Shown: in pieces, positions 48,932 through 58,785 of the stretch | Layout: each line of letters begins with the position of its first letter | How positions within the stretch are numbered: position 1 is the first letter of the stretch | NCBI RefSeq assembly: GCF_001750685.1 | Contig: NZ_CP017269.1 | Location: 1,465,416 to 1,529,415 of the forward strand | Length of the DNA: 64,000 bases | Source: Geosporobacter ferrireducens | Lineage (GTDB): Bacteria > Bacillota > Clostridia > Peptostreptococcales > Thermotaleaceae | Reading direction: 5' to 3' | Program-made: the position numbers and the translations under genes | The notes under the pieces: generated by a model | Database searches by the model: none | The model's input: the letters and a program-made list of their open reading frames with translations, nothing else | What the model was told of the DNA's origin: nothing

Positions 48932-50531
48932 AGATAAGTTGATTGTCTACTGCGTAGAAAGTTCCAGTGGTAACTTCCTTGATACGTTTTTGAATATTTT
49001 TAATCTCCAAAAAAGTTTGAGGATATGCTTTTTCAAATATAGATATTTCTCCATCCCCTTTAGATGTCAGCATTCTCATTAGACTCTTTCTTTCTTCTTC
49101 TAGTAGAAATATTTTATGTAACAATTCTTCATGGTTTTTATAAAAGCGAATATACTCCTCTGTATTCCTAATTTCATCAGTACTCGATAATGCTGTCTCA
49201 TATATCTTTAGTTCTCTTTCATTTTTTTCTGCTTGTTCAAGTAGTTTTTTATAGTTCATCAATAGTTTGTCTAATTCTTGCTTCATTGCTTTTCTATCAA
49301 AGCCATATACTTTTACATAGGTTTTTTTATCATAAATATTGCCAACGGTACGTAAAGCAACTTTTGTTTTTGCTTCAATACTTCCCCCAATCGTTCTTCC
49401 GTTTTTTGCCTCGATCACTATATTGTCTGCCTCTAATTGACTATCTACTGTATAATAACCGATGCTAATGGTATCTCCCGCTTTGATTGTACAGTTATTC
49501 GCATATTTTGTGAAAACATTTTGCCTAGCCTCAATATAGGTCTTTCCTTTGCCGGATATACCTCCTTTAATATATATGCTGCCTTCATTTGAAACAATCT
49601 TTTCAACAGCACCAATTCCTATATCTCCTAAAATTGATATATCCTTACCTGCCTGAACAGAGAATCCGTCTTCTACGATTCCTTCGATCGTTACATAGCC
49701 CTTAAAATTGATATTCCCTGTTTCATATCCTATATTTCCATGAATAATTAAATGATCTACAACGCCGATTTTCCCTTCCTTAACCTGTAAAGCCCCAGTG
49801 ATCTTTGCAAGCAGCAGTACGCGACCTTCAACCTCAAGAACCTCTACACTTTCTTTATCAAATCGTAGGGTTCTATCATTTCCGGCTTTTGCAGGTAAAA
49901 TATCTCCTTTTATATTCATTCCTGGCTCTCCTGCACGAGGCAGTACTTTTTCTCCCAATCGTTCTCCCTTTTCTACATGTCTGAAAAGGTTCATTTCGTA
50001 GTAGTCTACGCTTCCATCATCTGTAATCTTTGGTCTTTTTTCCGGTAGATCTAGATAATTAATACTTGCATCCGCTCCGCTCTTTGGTAGTACGCCTCTG
50101 GCAATAACAATATCCGTCTTTACGCTCAGGTCTTTGTTGATCACATCGTATAGTATGCCATACACAATTTTATTTTTTTCTAATAGCTCCAATAACTCTT
50201 TGACAACTTGTTCTTTGTGCTCTTCAAATTCTTCAGCTGTCAAATTGATATGAATTTTTGCTTCCAAATTATCTGGAGAAATCGTTATATCTATTTGTGG
50301 CTTTAACTTACCAAACTCCACAGCATTTTTGCCAGGTTCCTCTAAAGCTTTCTTTAATGCAAGAAAATTGGTTACATGGATACGAGGATAAGCTTCAATG
50401 ATTCGCTGGAAATCACGGATAGGGAACCCCGTCCCAAAAGGAGTAATATATAACTTGCCATCTCGCTCACTAATAGAAAAAAATTCATTTTGCATTAGCA
50501 TACAATACACTCCTATCCCTTCTAAATTCAT
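48924..50531 (-). CDS. DUF342 / FapA-family (flagellar-assembly-protein-A-like) beta-helix protein
   Basis: 535 aa. Central right-handed beta-helix repeats (GNIGYETGNINFKGYVTIEG...GKDISILGDIGIG) and a C-terminal coiled coil, as in DUF342. Confidence 0.65.
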   Translation of the reverse strand: MNLEGIGVYCMLMQNEFFSISERDGKLYITPFGTGFPIRDFQRIIEAYPRIHVTNFLALKKALEEPGKNAVEFGKLKPQIDITISPDNLEAKIHINLTAEEFEEHKEQVVKELLELLEKNKIVYGILYDVINKDLSVKTDIVIARGVLPKSGADASINYLDLPEKRPKITDDGSVDYYEMNLFRHVEKGERLGEKVLPRAGEPGMNIKGDILPAKAGNDRTLRFDKESVEVLEVEGRVLLLAKITGALQVKEGKIGVVDHLIIHGNIGYETGNINFKGYVTIEGIVEDGFSVQAGKDISILGDIGIGAVEKIVSNEGSIYIKGGISGKGKTYIEARQNVFTKYANNCTIKAGDTISIGYYTVDSQLEADNIVIEAKNGRTIGGSIEAKTKVALRTVGNIYDKKTYVKVYGFDRKAMKQELDKLLMNYKKLLEQAEKNERELKIYETALSSTDEIRNTEEYIRFYKNHEELLHKIFLLEEERKSLMRMLTSKGDGEISIFEKAYPQTFLEIKNIQKRIKEVTTGTFYAVDNQLIFD

Positions 50532-50895
50532 TATTCATAAATAATGGAAATCTAGAAAATAAATTCTAATATTACTAATTTCGGCATATTTCGTCAATTA
50601 CTTAATAAAATTAGTGAACAGGATCGCATACGAGTGACAGGGGGACAGGGTTATCGTCACACTACACTCTTTGAATAATGCCTCTACTAACTCTTGTCAA
50701 TCTTTCAATTTGTCTAATGGATATTAAAACTTTGTATTTTATGGATAAAAAACGAATGAATAACTAACCTCATCTCTAAAGAATAGTTGTTTCATCCGTT
50801 TTTATCATGATCTCCTGAATTTATTACACCACCGTCTGCGATCCCCATTTGCCCAATCATAATCGAATAGCATTAGGTTTCTTTCGAATAAATCC

Positions 50896-51681
50896 TTAAG
50901 TTGCTGTAATCCAAGTAATACATTTATCATTCAAATCATCTTGCCACTCTTTAGGAGGTTCTTTGTCACAGATAACTGCATGTACAGCATCAATATCAAC
51001 AATCCTATAAAAATTTCTCACCCCTAATTTAGAGTGATCTGCCATTACAATCACTTCCTTTGCATGCATAATAAGCTTTCTAGACAAGGTTCCTTCTTGA
51101 ACATCATAGCTTGTTATCCCATGTTTGACGGATAAACCTCCCACTGCAATAAACGCCTTATCTAAATAAAATGCCTCCAATGTTTTTTCTGCTATAGAAC
51201 CAAAGGTGGTCATCTGTTCAGCATTAATTTCTCCTCCTAAAAAAATAATTCTACCTGAAAATAACCCTCTCTGTTTGTATTCTAAAAGAAGAGTAAGAGC
51301 TGGTATAGAGTTTATTAATACTGTTAAGTTGTTTTTATGAAGCAGATGATGAATGATTTGCAGTGTTGTAGTTCCAACATCAATTACAATCATATCATTA
51401 TCCTGAACGATATCGGCAGCTTTTTTTCCGATAATCCTTTTCTCATGAATATGAAGAGTTTCTCTGTGGTTGTAGGGGGGTTCCGAGCCATCAAAGGATA
51501 TTTTGATAGCACCACCATAAACTTTTTTTAACCGCTTTTCATTTTCTAAAATTTCCAAATCACGACGAATAGTTTCTGTACTTACCTGAAACTCCTTTGA
51601 AAGTTCTTTTACTGTAACCTTGCCATCAATATCTAACTTGTTTAAAATAATCATTTTTCTTTCTTCTCCTAATAATGACAA
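50896..51681 (-). CDS. DeoR/GlpR-family transcriptional regulator
   Basis: HTH MIILNKLDIDGKVTVKELSKEFQVSTETIRRDLEIL and a sugar-phosphate-binding C-terminal domain. Confidence 0.8.
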   Translation of the reverse strand: MSLLGEERKMIILNKLDIDGKVTVKELSKEFQVSTETIRRDLEILENEKRLKKVYGGAIKISFDGSEPPYNHRETLHIHEKRIIGKKAADIVQDNDMIVIDVGTTTLQIIHHLLHKNNLTVLINSIPALTLLLEYKQRGLFSGRIIFLGGEINAEQMTTFGSIAEKTLEAFYLDKAFIAVGGLSVKHGITSYDVQEGTLSRKLIMHAKEVIVMADHSKLGVRNFYRIVDIDAVHAVICDKEPPKEWQDDLNDKCITWITAT

Positions 51682-51693
51682 TACAAATCCTCC

Positions 51694-52719
51694 TTAGGCT
51701 AGGCTTTTAATTTCATCCCATGGTATCAACAATTCTGTCATATTTCCTTCTTTAAAATCAATTAACTTTCCGTTATTTAAAACATCTGTAATCACAGTAT
51801 GGTTATCACAGGTAATATGATAGCGGATCACATTTCCTAATATAATGATATCTACAATCTTACCTTCAAAAAGTATTCCTTCCCGCTTACTGGCCAATAT
51901 TTCGTCTTTACTCATACATATTGCTTCTGGCCGAATCGCAAATATATTGCCATGCATGTTAAATGCTGATTTAATGATTTTTTCTAGTTCATCTTTATTA
52001 AATACATTATAATTACCCATAAATCTTGCTGCAAATTCATTCTTAGGAGATGTATATATCTCTTCTGGTGTTCCTATTTGAGAAAACTGTCCATTGTTCA
52101 TCAAAAAAATTCTGTCTGAAAGAATTAATGCCTCTTCCTGATCGTGGGTAACAAATATAGTAGTGATATTCAGTTCTTTTTGTATTTTTCTTATTTGGTA
52201 TCTTAAATTTTTTCGAATTTTTGCATCTAAAGCACTCAACGGTTCATCCAGTAAAAGCACCTTTGGTTCTGTGACCAATGCCCGCGCCAAAGCTACACGT
52301 TGTTGCTGTCCGCCAGAAAGCTGCCGCGGATAATGATTTTCCTTTTCTTCCAACTCAATTAATGCAAGAATATCTTTAATTTTTCTATTTATTTCAGCCT
52401 TAGTCTTCTTCGTGATTTTTAATGCGAAAGCAATATTCTCAGCTACAGTCATATTGGGAAATAAAGCATAGGATTGAAATACCATGCCTATATTTCTATC
52501 TTTTGGACTTAAATTTGTTATTTCTTGATTCCCTATATATAAGCATCCACTATCGACCTCGGTTAATCCTGCAATACACCGAAGCAATGTACTTTTTCCG
52601 CATCCCGATGGTCCCAGTAAAGTAATCAGTTCTCCTTTTTCAATTTCAAAGCCTAGATCTTCAAAAACTTTTAGATTGTCAAAGTTTTTTGATAATTTCT
52701 CTCCGTAAAAGTAACTCAT
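51694..52719 (-). CDS. ABC transporter ATP-binding protein (PotA/PhnT-like importer ATPase)
   Basis: Walker A GPSGCGKST, signature LSGGQQQRV, and a C-terminal TOBE-like domain. Confidence 0.85.
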   Translation of the reverse strand: MSYFYGEKLSKNFDNLKVFEDLGFEIEKGELITLLGPSGCGKSTLLRCIAGLTEVDSGCLYIGNQEITNLSPKDRNIGMVFQSYALFPNMTVAENIAFALKITKKTKAEINRKIKDILALIELEEKENHYPRQLSGGQQQRVALARALVTEPKVLLLDEPLSALDAKIRKNLRYQIRKIQKELNITTIFVTHDQEEALILSDRIFLMNNGQFSQIGTPEEIYTSPKNEFAARFMGNYNVFNKDELEKIIKSAFNMHGNIFAIRPEAICMSKDEILASKREGILFEGKIVDIIILGNVIRYHITCDNHTVITDVLNNGKLIDFKEGNMTELLIPWDEIKSLA

Positions 52720-52734
52720 TGTTCTCCCTCCATT

Positions 52735-53532
52735 TTATGACTCAACGGCCCTATTCATTATTTGATTGACCTTTACCACAACAGCCGAAATAATTAAGAT
52801 AAAAACAAAATATGTAATTACAATAGCACTGGTAAGATGTCCCCTTTCAGCATTCTTATTGTATAAATAAATTTGAACGGTTTCAAAGTTACCGCCTACC
52901 AAGATATTTGCCAATACAAATTCTCCAAACAACATCGAAAAAGCAAGTAATAAAGAGACAATCACACCCTTCATCATATTAGGCAGTATGATATAAAAAA
53001 AAGCCTGTAATTTACTTGCTCCTAGCAGTTCAGCTGCATCCATCAACACATTCACTTGTATGGTCTTTAGATTGTTTTTCATACCCTGATATAGAAAAGG
53101 AAGACATACAATAAAATAGGCACCTACTAAAATCCAGATGGTTCCAGCAATTGCAAAGGGCCCTTTAGAATAAATACGAATCAACCCTACTGCCAAAACA
53201 ATTCCTGGTACTGCAAAGGGCAGCACAACAATCATATTCAAATATTTTTCCAGCTTAGGGAGATAGGCGATTGTGATAAAGATTGCAGGAATTGTCACTA
53301 CCATACTTATAGATAAAGACAGTGTGGCAACGAGTAATGATCTTCCTAAAGCAGCTAAGAACCTTGTGTCGGAAAATAACATAATATACCATTTTAATGT
53401 CAATCCCTCTGGTAATAAAGTTGTTTGCCATTTTGTTGCAATAGAATACAAGAACGTCGCAATCACCGGAATAAACAAATAAATCATAATTCCCAGTGAA
53501 ATGAAATTAGTTTTTTTAACTTTTTTACTCAT
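52735..53532 (-). CDS. ABC transporter permease (PotC-like)
   Basis: 6-TM BPD_transp_1 permease. Confidence 0.8.
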   Translation of the reverse strand: MSKKVKKTNFISLGIMIYLFIPVIATFLYSIATKWQTTLLPEGLTLKWYIMLFSDTRFLAALGRSLLVATLSLSISMVVTIPAIFITIAYLPKLEKYLNMIVVLPFAVPGIVLAVGLIRIYSKGPFAIAGTIWILVGAYFIVCLPFLYQGMKNNLKTIQVNVLMDAAELLGASKLQAFFYIILPNMMKGVIVSLLLAFSMLFGEFVLANILVGGNFETVQIYLYNKNAERGHLTSAIVITYFVFILIISAVVVKVNQIMNRAVES

Positions 53533-54376
53533 GGGACTCTCCTCCCTTATATTTTAGAAGCCTTTCATTTAATAGGGTGGCCCCGATTAATATACTTCCA
53601 AGAATAACCGCTAGCGCACTTGCCATGTTGGGATTTAAAAACATATCTCCTGAGACCAAAGCACCTATTCTGATAGGTAAAACATTATAGCTTCCTGTGG
53701 TCAAAGCATAAACCGTTGCATAGGCCCCCATAGCGTTTGCAAATAGAATGCTAAAGGTTCCTAGAATACTAGGATACAATAATGGAATTCCAATCTTAGT
53801 CCAGAATTGTATTTTGGAAGCTCCAAGCAGAGTAGCGGCATGTATACAATCCTCAGTTATCGTATCAAAGGCTGGATACATCAATAATATCCCTAAGGGT
53901 ATCTGGAAGTAGATATAGACCAGTATCAGCCCAGTCCCTGAATATAGGGTAAACACCTTACTTAAATCAAAACCAATTTTATGTAGTAAAATTGGAAGAA
54001 CTCCACTGCTTCCTAATAGGATCATAAATGCAAATGCTAAAGGTACACCAGCAAAATTAGAAGTCATATTGGATAGCATTAAAAACCTGCTCCGAAGCTT
54101 TGGTGATAGTCTTGAGATCGAATACCCTCCAAGGCACGCAATGAGAATACCAAAAAAACTGCTCATCAAAGAAATCCATATGCTGTTCTGGATACTTTGA
54201 AAATAAAAAGGATTTGTAAAAGCTGTTTTATAATTCTCAATACTCATTCCTTTCCCTTCAACCAAAAAACTATTTATGAAAATGAATATTAGAGGAAGTA
54301 TTAGAAAGTTTATGATAAAAAAAACAAAGGGAATAAATCCTAATAGCATAATAAATTTTTCTTTTTTAAAAATCAT
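53525..54376 (-). CDS. ABC transporter permease (PotB-like)
   Basis: 6-TM BPD_transp_1 permease. Overlaps the next permease start. Confidence 0.8.
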   Translation of the reverse strand: MIFKKEKFIMLLGFIPFVFFIINFLILPLIFIFINSFLVEGKGMSIENYKTAFTNPFYFQSIQNSIWISLMSSFFGILIACLGGYSISRLSPKLRSRFLMLSNMTSNFAGVPLAFAFMILLGSSGVLPILLHKIGFDLSKVFTLYSGTGLILVYIYFQIPLGILLMYPAFDTITEDCIHAATLLGASKIQFWTKIGIPLLYPSILGTFSILFANAMGAYATVYALTTGSYNVLPIRIGALVSGDMFLNPNMASALAVILGSILIGATLLNERLLKYKGGESHE

Positions 54377-54438
54377 TTACTCAACTCCTGTTCTAACATG
54401 GAATTTTTATAGAATAAAACAACTATGACATTCTGCTA

Positions 54439-55263
54439 TCAGCAGAATGTCATACCAGAAGAACTTATATCGACCATTTTTTTCGATTTAGGTATATTCA
54501 ATAACTGACAAAGTAATGGTGCTATACATAGCTGAGAAATCTCTTGAGGAAATTGTCTATTTTCTAAAACAGATCCAATACCCCATAAGGGTACTATTCG
54601 TTCGTCCTCTCCCGTTCCACCATGCTGGCCAAAGGCATTCATACCATGATCTCCTGTAATTAAAACCTGATAATCTAATTCCATCCAGAGGGGTAAAAAT
54701 CTTGATAAAATACTATCCATTTGAATAATTTTCTCTGCATATTCCTTTGACTCGCAGCCATATCTATGTCCTACATAATCCAGGCCCATTGGGTGAATTA
54801 ATAAGAAATGTGGGTCATACTTTCTTCGAAGCACTTCGCCATCTAAAATCAGATGACTATCGGGATAATCATCCTCAAAATAGAATTTGCCCCATCGTAT
54901 AAACCCATTGTCATCTTCATATTCTCTATCCTGTAAGTGGTCAAAGGGTGCACGATTATATAGCTCACTAAACCAATAGTATGCAGCGGCGGCTGTTACC
55001 AAATCTTTTTCTTTTGCTATTTGAAAAACGCTTTTTTCTCTGGATCTCCGTACGATATAATTGCTTGTGATCCCATTGTCAAAAGCAGGAGTACCTGTTA
55101 AAACCACCTCATAAGCTGGCCTTGATAAGGTTGGCAATTCAGTCTTAATTTTTCTGCACCAAGCCTTCTTAGACTCCACTAGATGTTCTAAAAAGCCCAT
55201 CATTGCTCTTCCCTTATGATAGTGTAAACCGTCTATTAGTAAAAGAATGACTTTTTGTTGCAT
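54439..55263 (-). CDS. alkaline-phosphatase-superfamily enzyme (nucleotide pyrophosphatase/phosphodiesterase or phosphonoacetate-hydrolase-like)
   Basis: LLIDGL...TLSRPAY...ITGDHGM metal-site motifs of the AP/NPP/PhnA fold. Embedded in the ABC importer operon. Confidence 0.55.
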   Translation of the reverse strand: MQQKVILLLIDGLHYHKGRAMMGFLEHLVESKKAWCRKIKTELPTLSRPAYEVVLTGTPAFDNGITSNYIVRRSREKSVFQIAKEKDLVTAAAAYYWFSELYNRAPFDHLQDREYEDDNGFIRWGKFYFEDDYPDSHLILDGEVLRRKYDPHFLLIHPMGLDYVGHRYGCESKEYAEKIIQMDSILSRFLPLWMELDYQVLITGDHGMNAFGQHGGTGEDERIVPLWGIGSVLENRQFPQEISQLCIAPLLCQLLNIPKSKKMVDISSSGMTFC

Positions 55264-55276
55264 TAAAAAACAGCTC

Positions 55277-56398
55277 CTATTTTACATGTATAAGTACTTT
55301 CTCTTGCCATTTTTGAGGTATTTCCTTAGCTGTATTTTCCCATACGGTAAAATCTTTAATCGGTTTAACATTTTTATACTGATCCAATGGAAGCATTTTT
55401 TCTTTTACATCCTCCGGTAAATTAACATTGTCTCTAATAGGGCGGGCATAGCCTTTTGCTAGATTAATCTGTCCTGCATCACTGAGTATGTACTCTCTGG
55501 CTAACATGGCTGCATGAGGATGGGGTGCATATTTATTGATAATCGTTGCGTAGCCACTGACAATAGAACCATCGGCCGGAATAGTGACTTCATAGTCTTC
55601 TCTATTAAGCAGATCTCTATAGGACAGTGCATTGAAATCCCATAAAATTGCCATCTCCACTTCTCCATTTTCGAAGTTTGCAGGGGTTGGATTTACCAGC
55701 GATAGTCTTCTTTGCTTGGCTATCTCGCTAAAAAATTCATATGCTGCATCAATATTGGATTCGTCTCCACCCTTTGCCATGGCTACAGCGAGCAGTGCAT
55801 TTTGCGCTTGAGCAGCCTTGGCTACATCACCAACAGCTACTTTGTAGTCTCCATTCAGTAATTCATCCCAAGTTTTTGGTGGATTCTGAATGAGCTTTTT
55901 ATTCGTTATAAATGCAATGGTTCCTTGATAACCCAACATCCAGTGTCCTTCTTTATCCTTTGCCCAATCAGGAATCTCATTCCAATAAGAAGTTTTATAG
56001 GGCTGGGTTACACCTTTTTGTACAGCTACTGGAGCAAATGCCATCCCTACATCTCCAATATCTGCAGTGGGCTTCTCCTTCTCTGCTTCAAATTTTGCAA
56101 TCTCCTCAGCGGAGGACATGTCCGTATCGGAGTGCTCCAATCCATAAATGGTTTTTAAATCCGCCCAAGTATCCTTCCAGTTCGCCCAATCATCAGGCAT
56201 CCCTACGCTAATCACCTTGCCTTCTTCCTTTGCCAATTTTTCAATTTCTTCAAGGGATAACTCTTTTGGCAATGAATCTGCAGCAGCTGTAGATTCTGCT
56301 TTTTTTTCTGCACTACATCCTATTAAGCTTAAACACATTGAAATTGTCATCAAAAATGCAGCAACTTGTTTAAACCATTTTTTACTTTTCATATACAA
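55277..56398 (-). CDS. ABC transporter substrate-binding lipoprotein (PotD/PhnS-like)
   Basis: Lipobox LIGCSAEKK. About 350-aa type-II periplasmic binding fold. Confidence 0.75.
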   Translation of the reverse strand: MYMKSKKWFKQVAAFLMTISMCLSLIGCSAEKKAESTAAADSLPKELSLEEIEKLAKEEGKVISVGMPDDWANWKDTWADLKTIYGLEHSDTDMSSAEEIAKFEAEKEKPTADIGDVGMAFAPVAVQKGVTQPYKTSYWNEIPDWAKDKEGHWMLGYQGTIAFITNKKLIQNPPKTWDELLNGDYKVAVGDVAKAAQAQNALLAVAMAKGGDESNIDAAYEFFSEIAKQRRLSLVNPTPANFENGEVEMAILWDFNALSYRDLLNREDYEVTIPADGSIVSGYATIINKYAPHPHAAMLAREYILSDAGQINLAKGYARPIRDNVNLPEDVKEKMLPLDQYKNVKPIKDFTVWENTAKEIPQKWQEKVLIHVK

Positions 56399-57016
56399 CC
56401 CTCCATATCTTTTTATTTCTTGTCCTCTTAATCATACCGATTCCAATTAAAAAGATAATTAAAAGCTTGTAATTATTTTGTAAATTTTGTGGTTTTTATT
56501 TGTGTTTCTTTGCTTTTTGTTGTTTTATTCCCAGCTTGCCTTAGCATTATAATAGAAAAGGTAAGCATATTTTCGTTTAACGAATCGATCTGCTTACCTT
56601 TATGATTTATTGGCTTATTTGGAGACATGCTTCGTCTCTATGCTCATTAATAAAAGAAAAACGAATTTTATGCGGTTTTCATATAGCCTTCCTTATGATT
56701 AATCTTATATTCTTCACTACAAATATAACACAAACTTAACGTGCCTATAAACATCCTGAACCTTAGCACAGTTATAACGTAATTGGTTCATCTTCTATGG
56801 ATGATCTCTTTTGCTTCATGTCTTTTCGTTAAATTTTTTATGAAAGTCTGTGAATTACTTTATGCGAGGATGGATTATCTACAGAAAAAACGAGTCAGAA
56901 CTAAAGCCAGAATCTTATGAGATTAATCGTTTTTTAGACACGGCTCCATCGGAGAACATTCAGCTACAGGTTTTTAAGCCTAAATAAGAAGGCTATCTAT
57001 ATAAGATAGATAACCT

Positions 57017-57520
57017 CTATACGCAACCTACTCGACTACCCTTTTTTGACAGCTTATCTGCAATCCCTGTGGATGCATAGGATTCTGGTTTAATACAGCA
57101 TTTAAACCCTAATGCCCCCACCCAACCTGCAATTTCCTTTACTAAATACTTCGTATCTCCACCCTCACCAATATCTACGTGCACCTCTAAGGCAGCACGG
57201 ATTTCCTTCTTTTGAATATACTCCATAACCTTTGCAGCTAATTCAAGACTATATTGGGTTTCCACAAATATCTTATGCCGGAGATCATTAATTATTTTCA
57301 ATCTTTTTATATCATAAAAAAAGATGCCTCCCTTGGACTTGCGAACCAGGGTGATTACAGAAACCATTTTTGTAAGACCACTGAAGTTTTGAGAGTCTGT
57401 TCCAATAGAAATCACATAGGTACATTGTAAATCCATGTCAATGTAATCTTTTATTTTTTCACATACTTCTTGAAAACTTAGTTCCCCATAAGTGATACTT
57501 TTCATCCTATACACCTCCAA
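57017..57520 (-). CDS. YkuK/DUF458-family RNase-H-fold protein
   Basis: ISIGTDSQ motif characteristic of DUF458. 167 aa. Confidence 0.5.
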   Translation of the reverse strand: MEVYRMKSITYGELSFQEVCEKIKDYIDMDLQCTYVISIGTDSQNFSGLTKMVSVITLVRKSKGGIFFYDIKRLKIINDLRHKIFVETQYSLELAAKVMEYIQKKEIRAALEVHVDIGEGGDTKYLVKEIAGWVGALGFKCCIKPESYASTGIADKLSKKGSRVGCV

Positions 57521-57629
57521 GAACTTTTCTAAACTGTCATATTTATATCATACGCCTTCAGTATTTTCTTACGAGGTTTTAATATTAAGATTTTCTAAAT
57601 TTCATGTTAATCATACACCAGTTTTCAAA

Positions 57630-57897
57630 CTATTTCATTACATTACTTGTAAACTGTTGTTAAAGTTAAAGTTAAGCATTAAATATAACTTCAAGAAAAC
57701 GAATATAAAGCAGGCTGCCACAGCCTGTTTTTATCATACTGATAGGTTCCCTAAATTTTTAAACATAAGGATTAGCGAGATACAGCAGGATTTAAAGGAG
57801 TTCATGCTTTTATGCAGAATATGGTTTTTTCTTTTCAGATGAGCGCAGTGGATGGTAGAATGAATCGGAAAATCCAGTCTTTTCAGTAAAATACCTT
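57630..57897 (+). pseudogene. leader plus extreme 5' fragment of the YkuD-LysM paralog (repeat family copy), truncated at AAAATCCAG
   Basis: Same leader as 46575-46870, with an internal 70-bp insertion/duplication. Ends ...GGTAGAATGAATCGGAAAATCCAG, then unrelated sequence. Confidence 0.55.
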
Positions 57898-58274
57898 ATT
57901 GATATCACAAAGCAAAGGAAGTGCAAAATAACACTTCCTTTGACAGCGCCTAATTACATATAAAAGAATCCACATTTACCATACGTGTTCCGATAAACAA
58001 GAAAGCGCGTGATGAAATGAAAAGAGTAATTTTGCTCAAATTTTTTTGTTAGCGATACTGCTATTATAGTCTCCTCAATGGAACGAGCTCTCATAACTGC
58101 TGAGAGCTCTATATTATAAAGAGGGGGATAACCTCATAAATACAGTTTAAAACAAGATTATGAATAAACTATGAACAAACTATGAAGAATTTATCATTTT
58201 TTGTAAAATAAAAAATCAAGGGTATGTTTAAGAAAGTGGTTGAAAATGATATATCCTTATAAAGTTATTTTGCA

Positions 58275-58540
58275 ATTGTAGAATAGTGCGACATACAGGG
58301 GAACACCACAGGGAGTGTTCCATGCATCACATACCGACAGGCTGTTATTTCCTGTAGGGGAGAACATTGTTCTCCCGATGCATATCATTAGCGGGCGCAC
58401 ACTGTGCGCCCCTACATTGTCTCCCACATAAGGATAGCGGTAGGGGCAGACCTGTGTGTCTGCCCAAAGAGACGGCAAAATTAACGGGTGGACACATAGG
58501 TCCACACTCCACCAATATGTCGCACTAATCTACCTATGCG
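58275..58540. mobile_element. MITE-like non-autonomous element with 18-bp terminal inverted repeats (GTAGAATAGTGCGACATA ... TATGTCGCACTAATCTAC) and an internal array of GC hairpins
   Basis: Seen directly. GC-rich. Internal hairpins GGGAGAACATTGTTCTCCC, GGGCGCACACTGTGCGCCC, GGCAGACCTGTGTGTCTGCC and GTGGACACATAGGTCCAC. The ORF 58257..58505 across it is Cys/Pro/Gly-rich nonsense. Confidence 0.5.
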
Positions 58541-58785
58541 CTATATGATTAATCTCTGATATCATAGAAAAAAAAGTAATAGGATAGAATGAAAGAGACT
58601 GGCAAGGAAAATATATCATCACAAGTAAGTATATCTAGAAGACAAACGAATCGTCCCCACAAGTCCTACATTGTATATTTAAATAGGAAATAAATTACAT
58701 TTTCTCTATTGACTGTACTTGCATCAATGGATAAACTAGATACAAAGAATTATAATCGACTATCCTATCTATTAAAACGGAGGTA

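Noticed and set aside
58257-58505. 82-aa ORF (Cys/Pro/Gly-rich) inside the MITE-like element
   Set aside because: It lies entirely within a TIR-bounded hairpin array. The composition is the artefact of GC-rich palindromes. No RBS.
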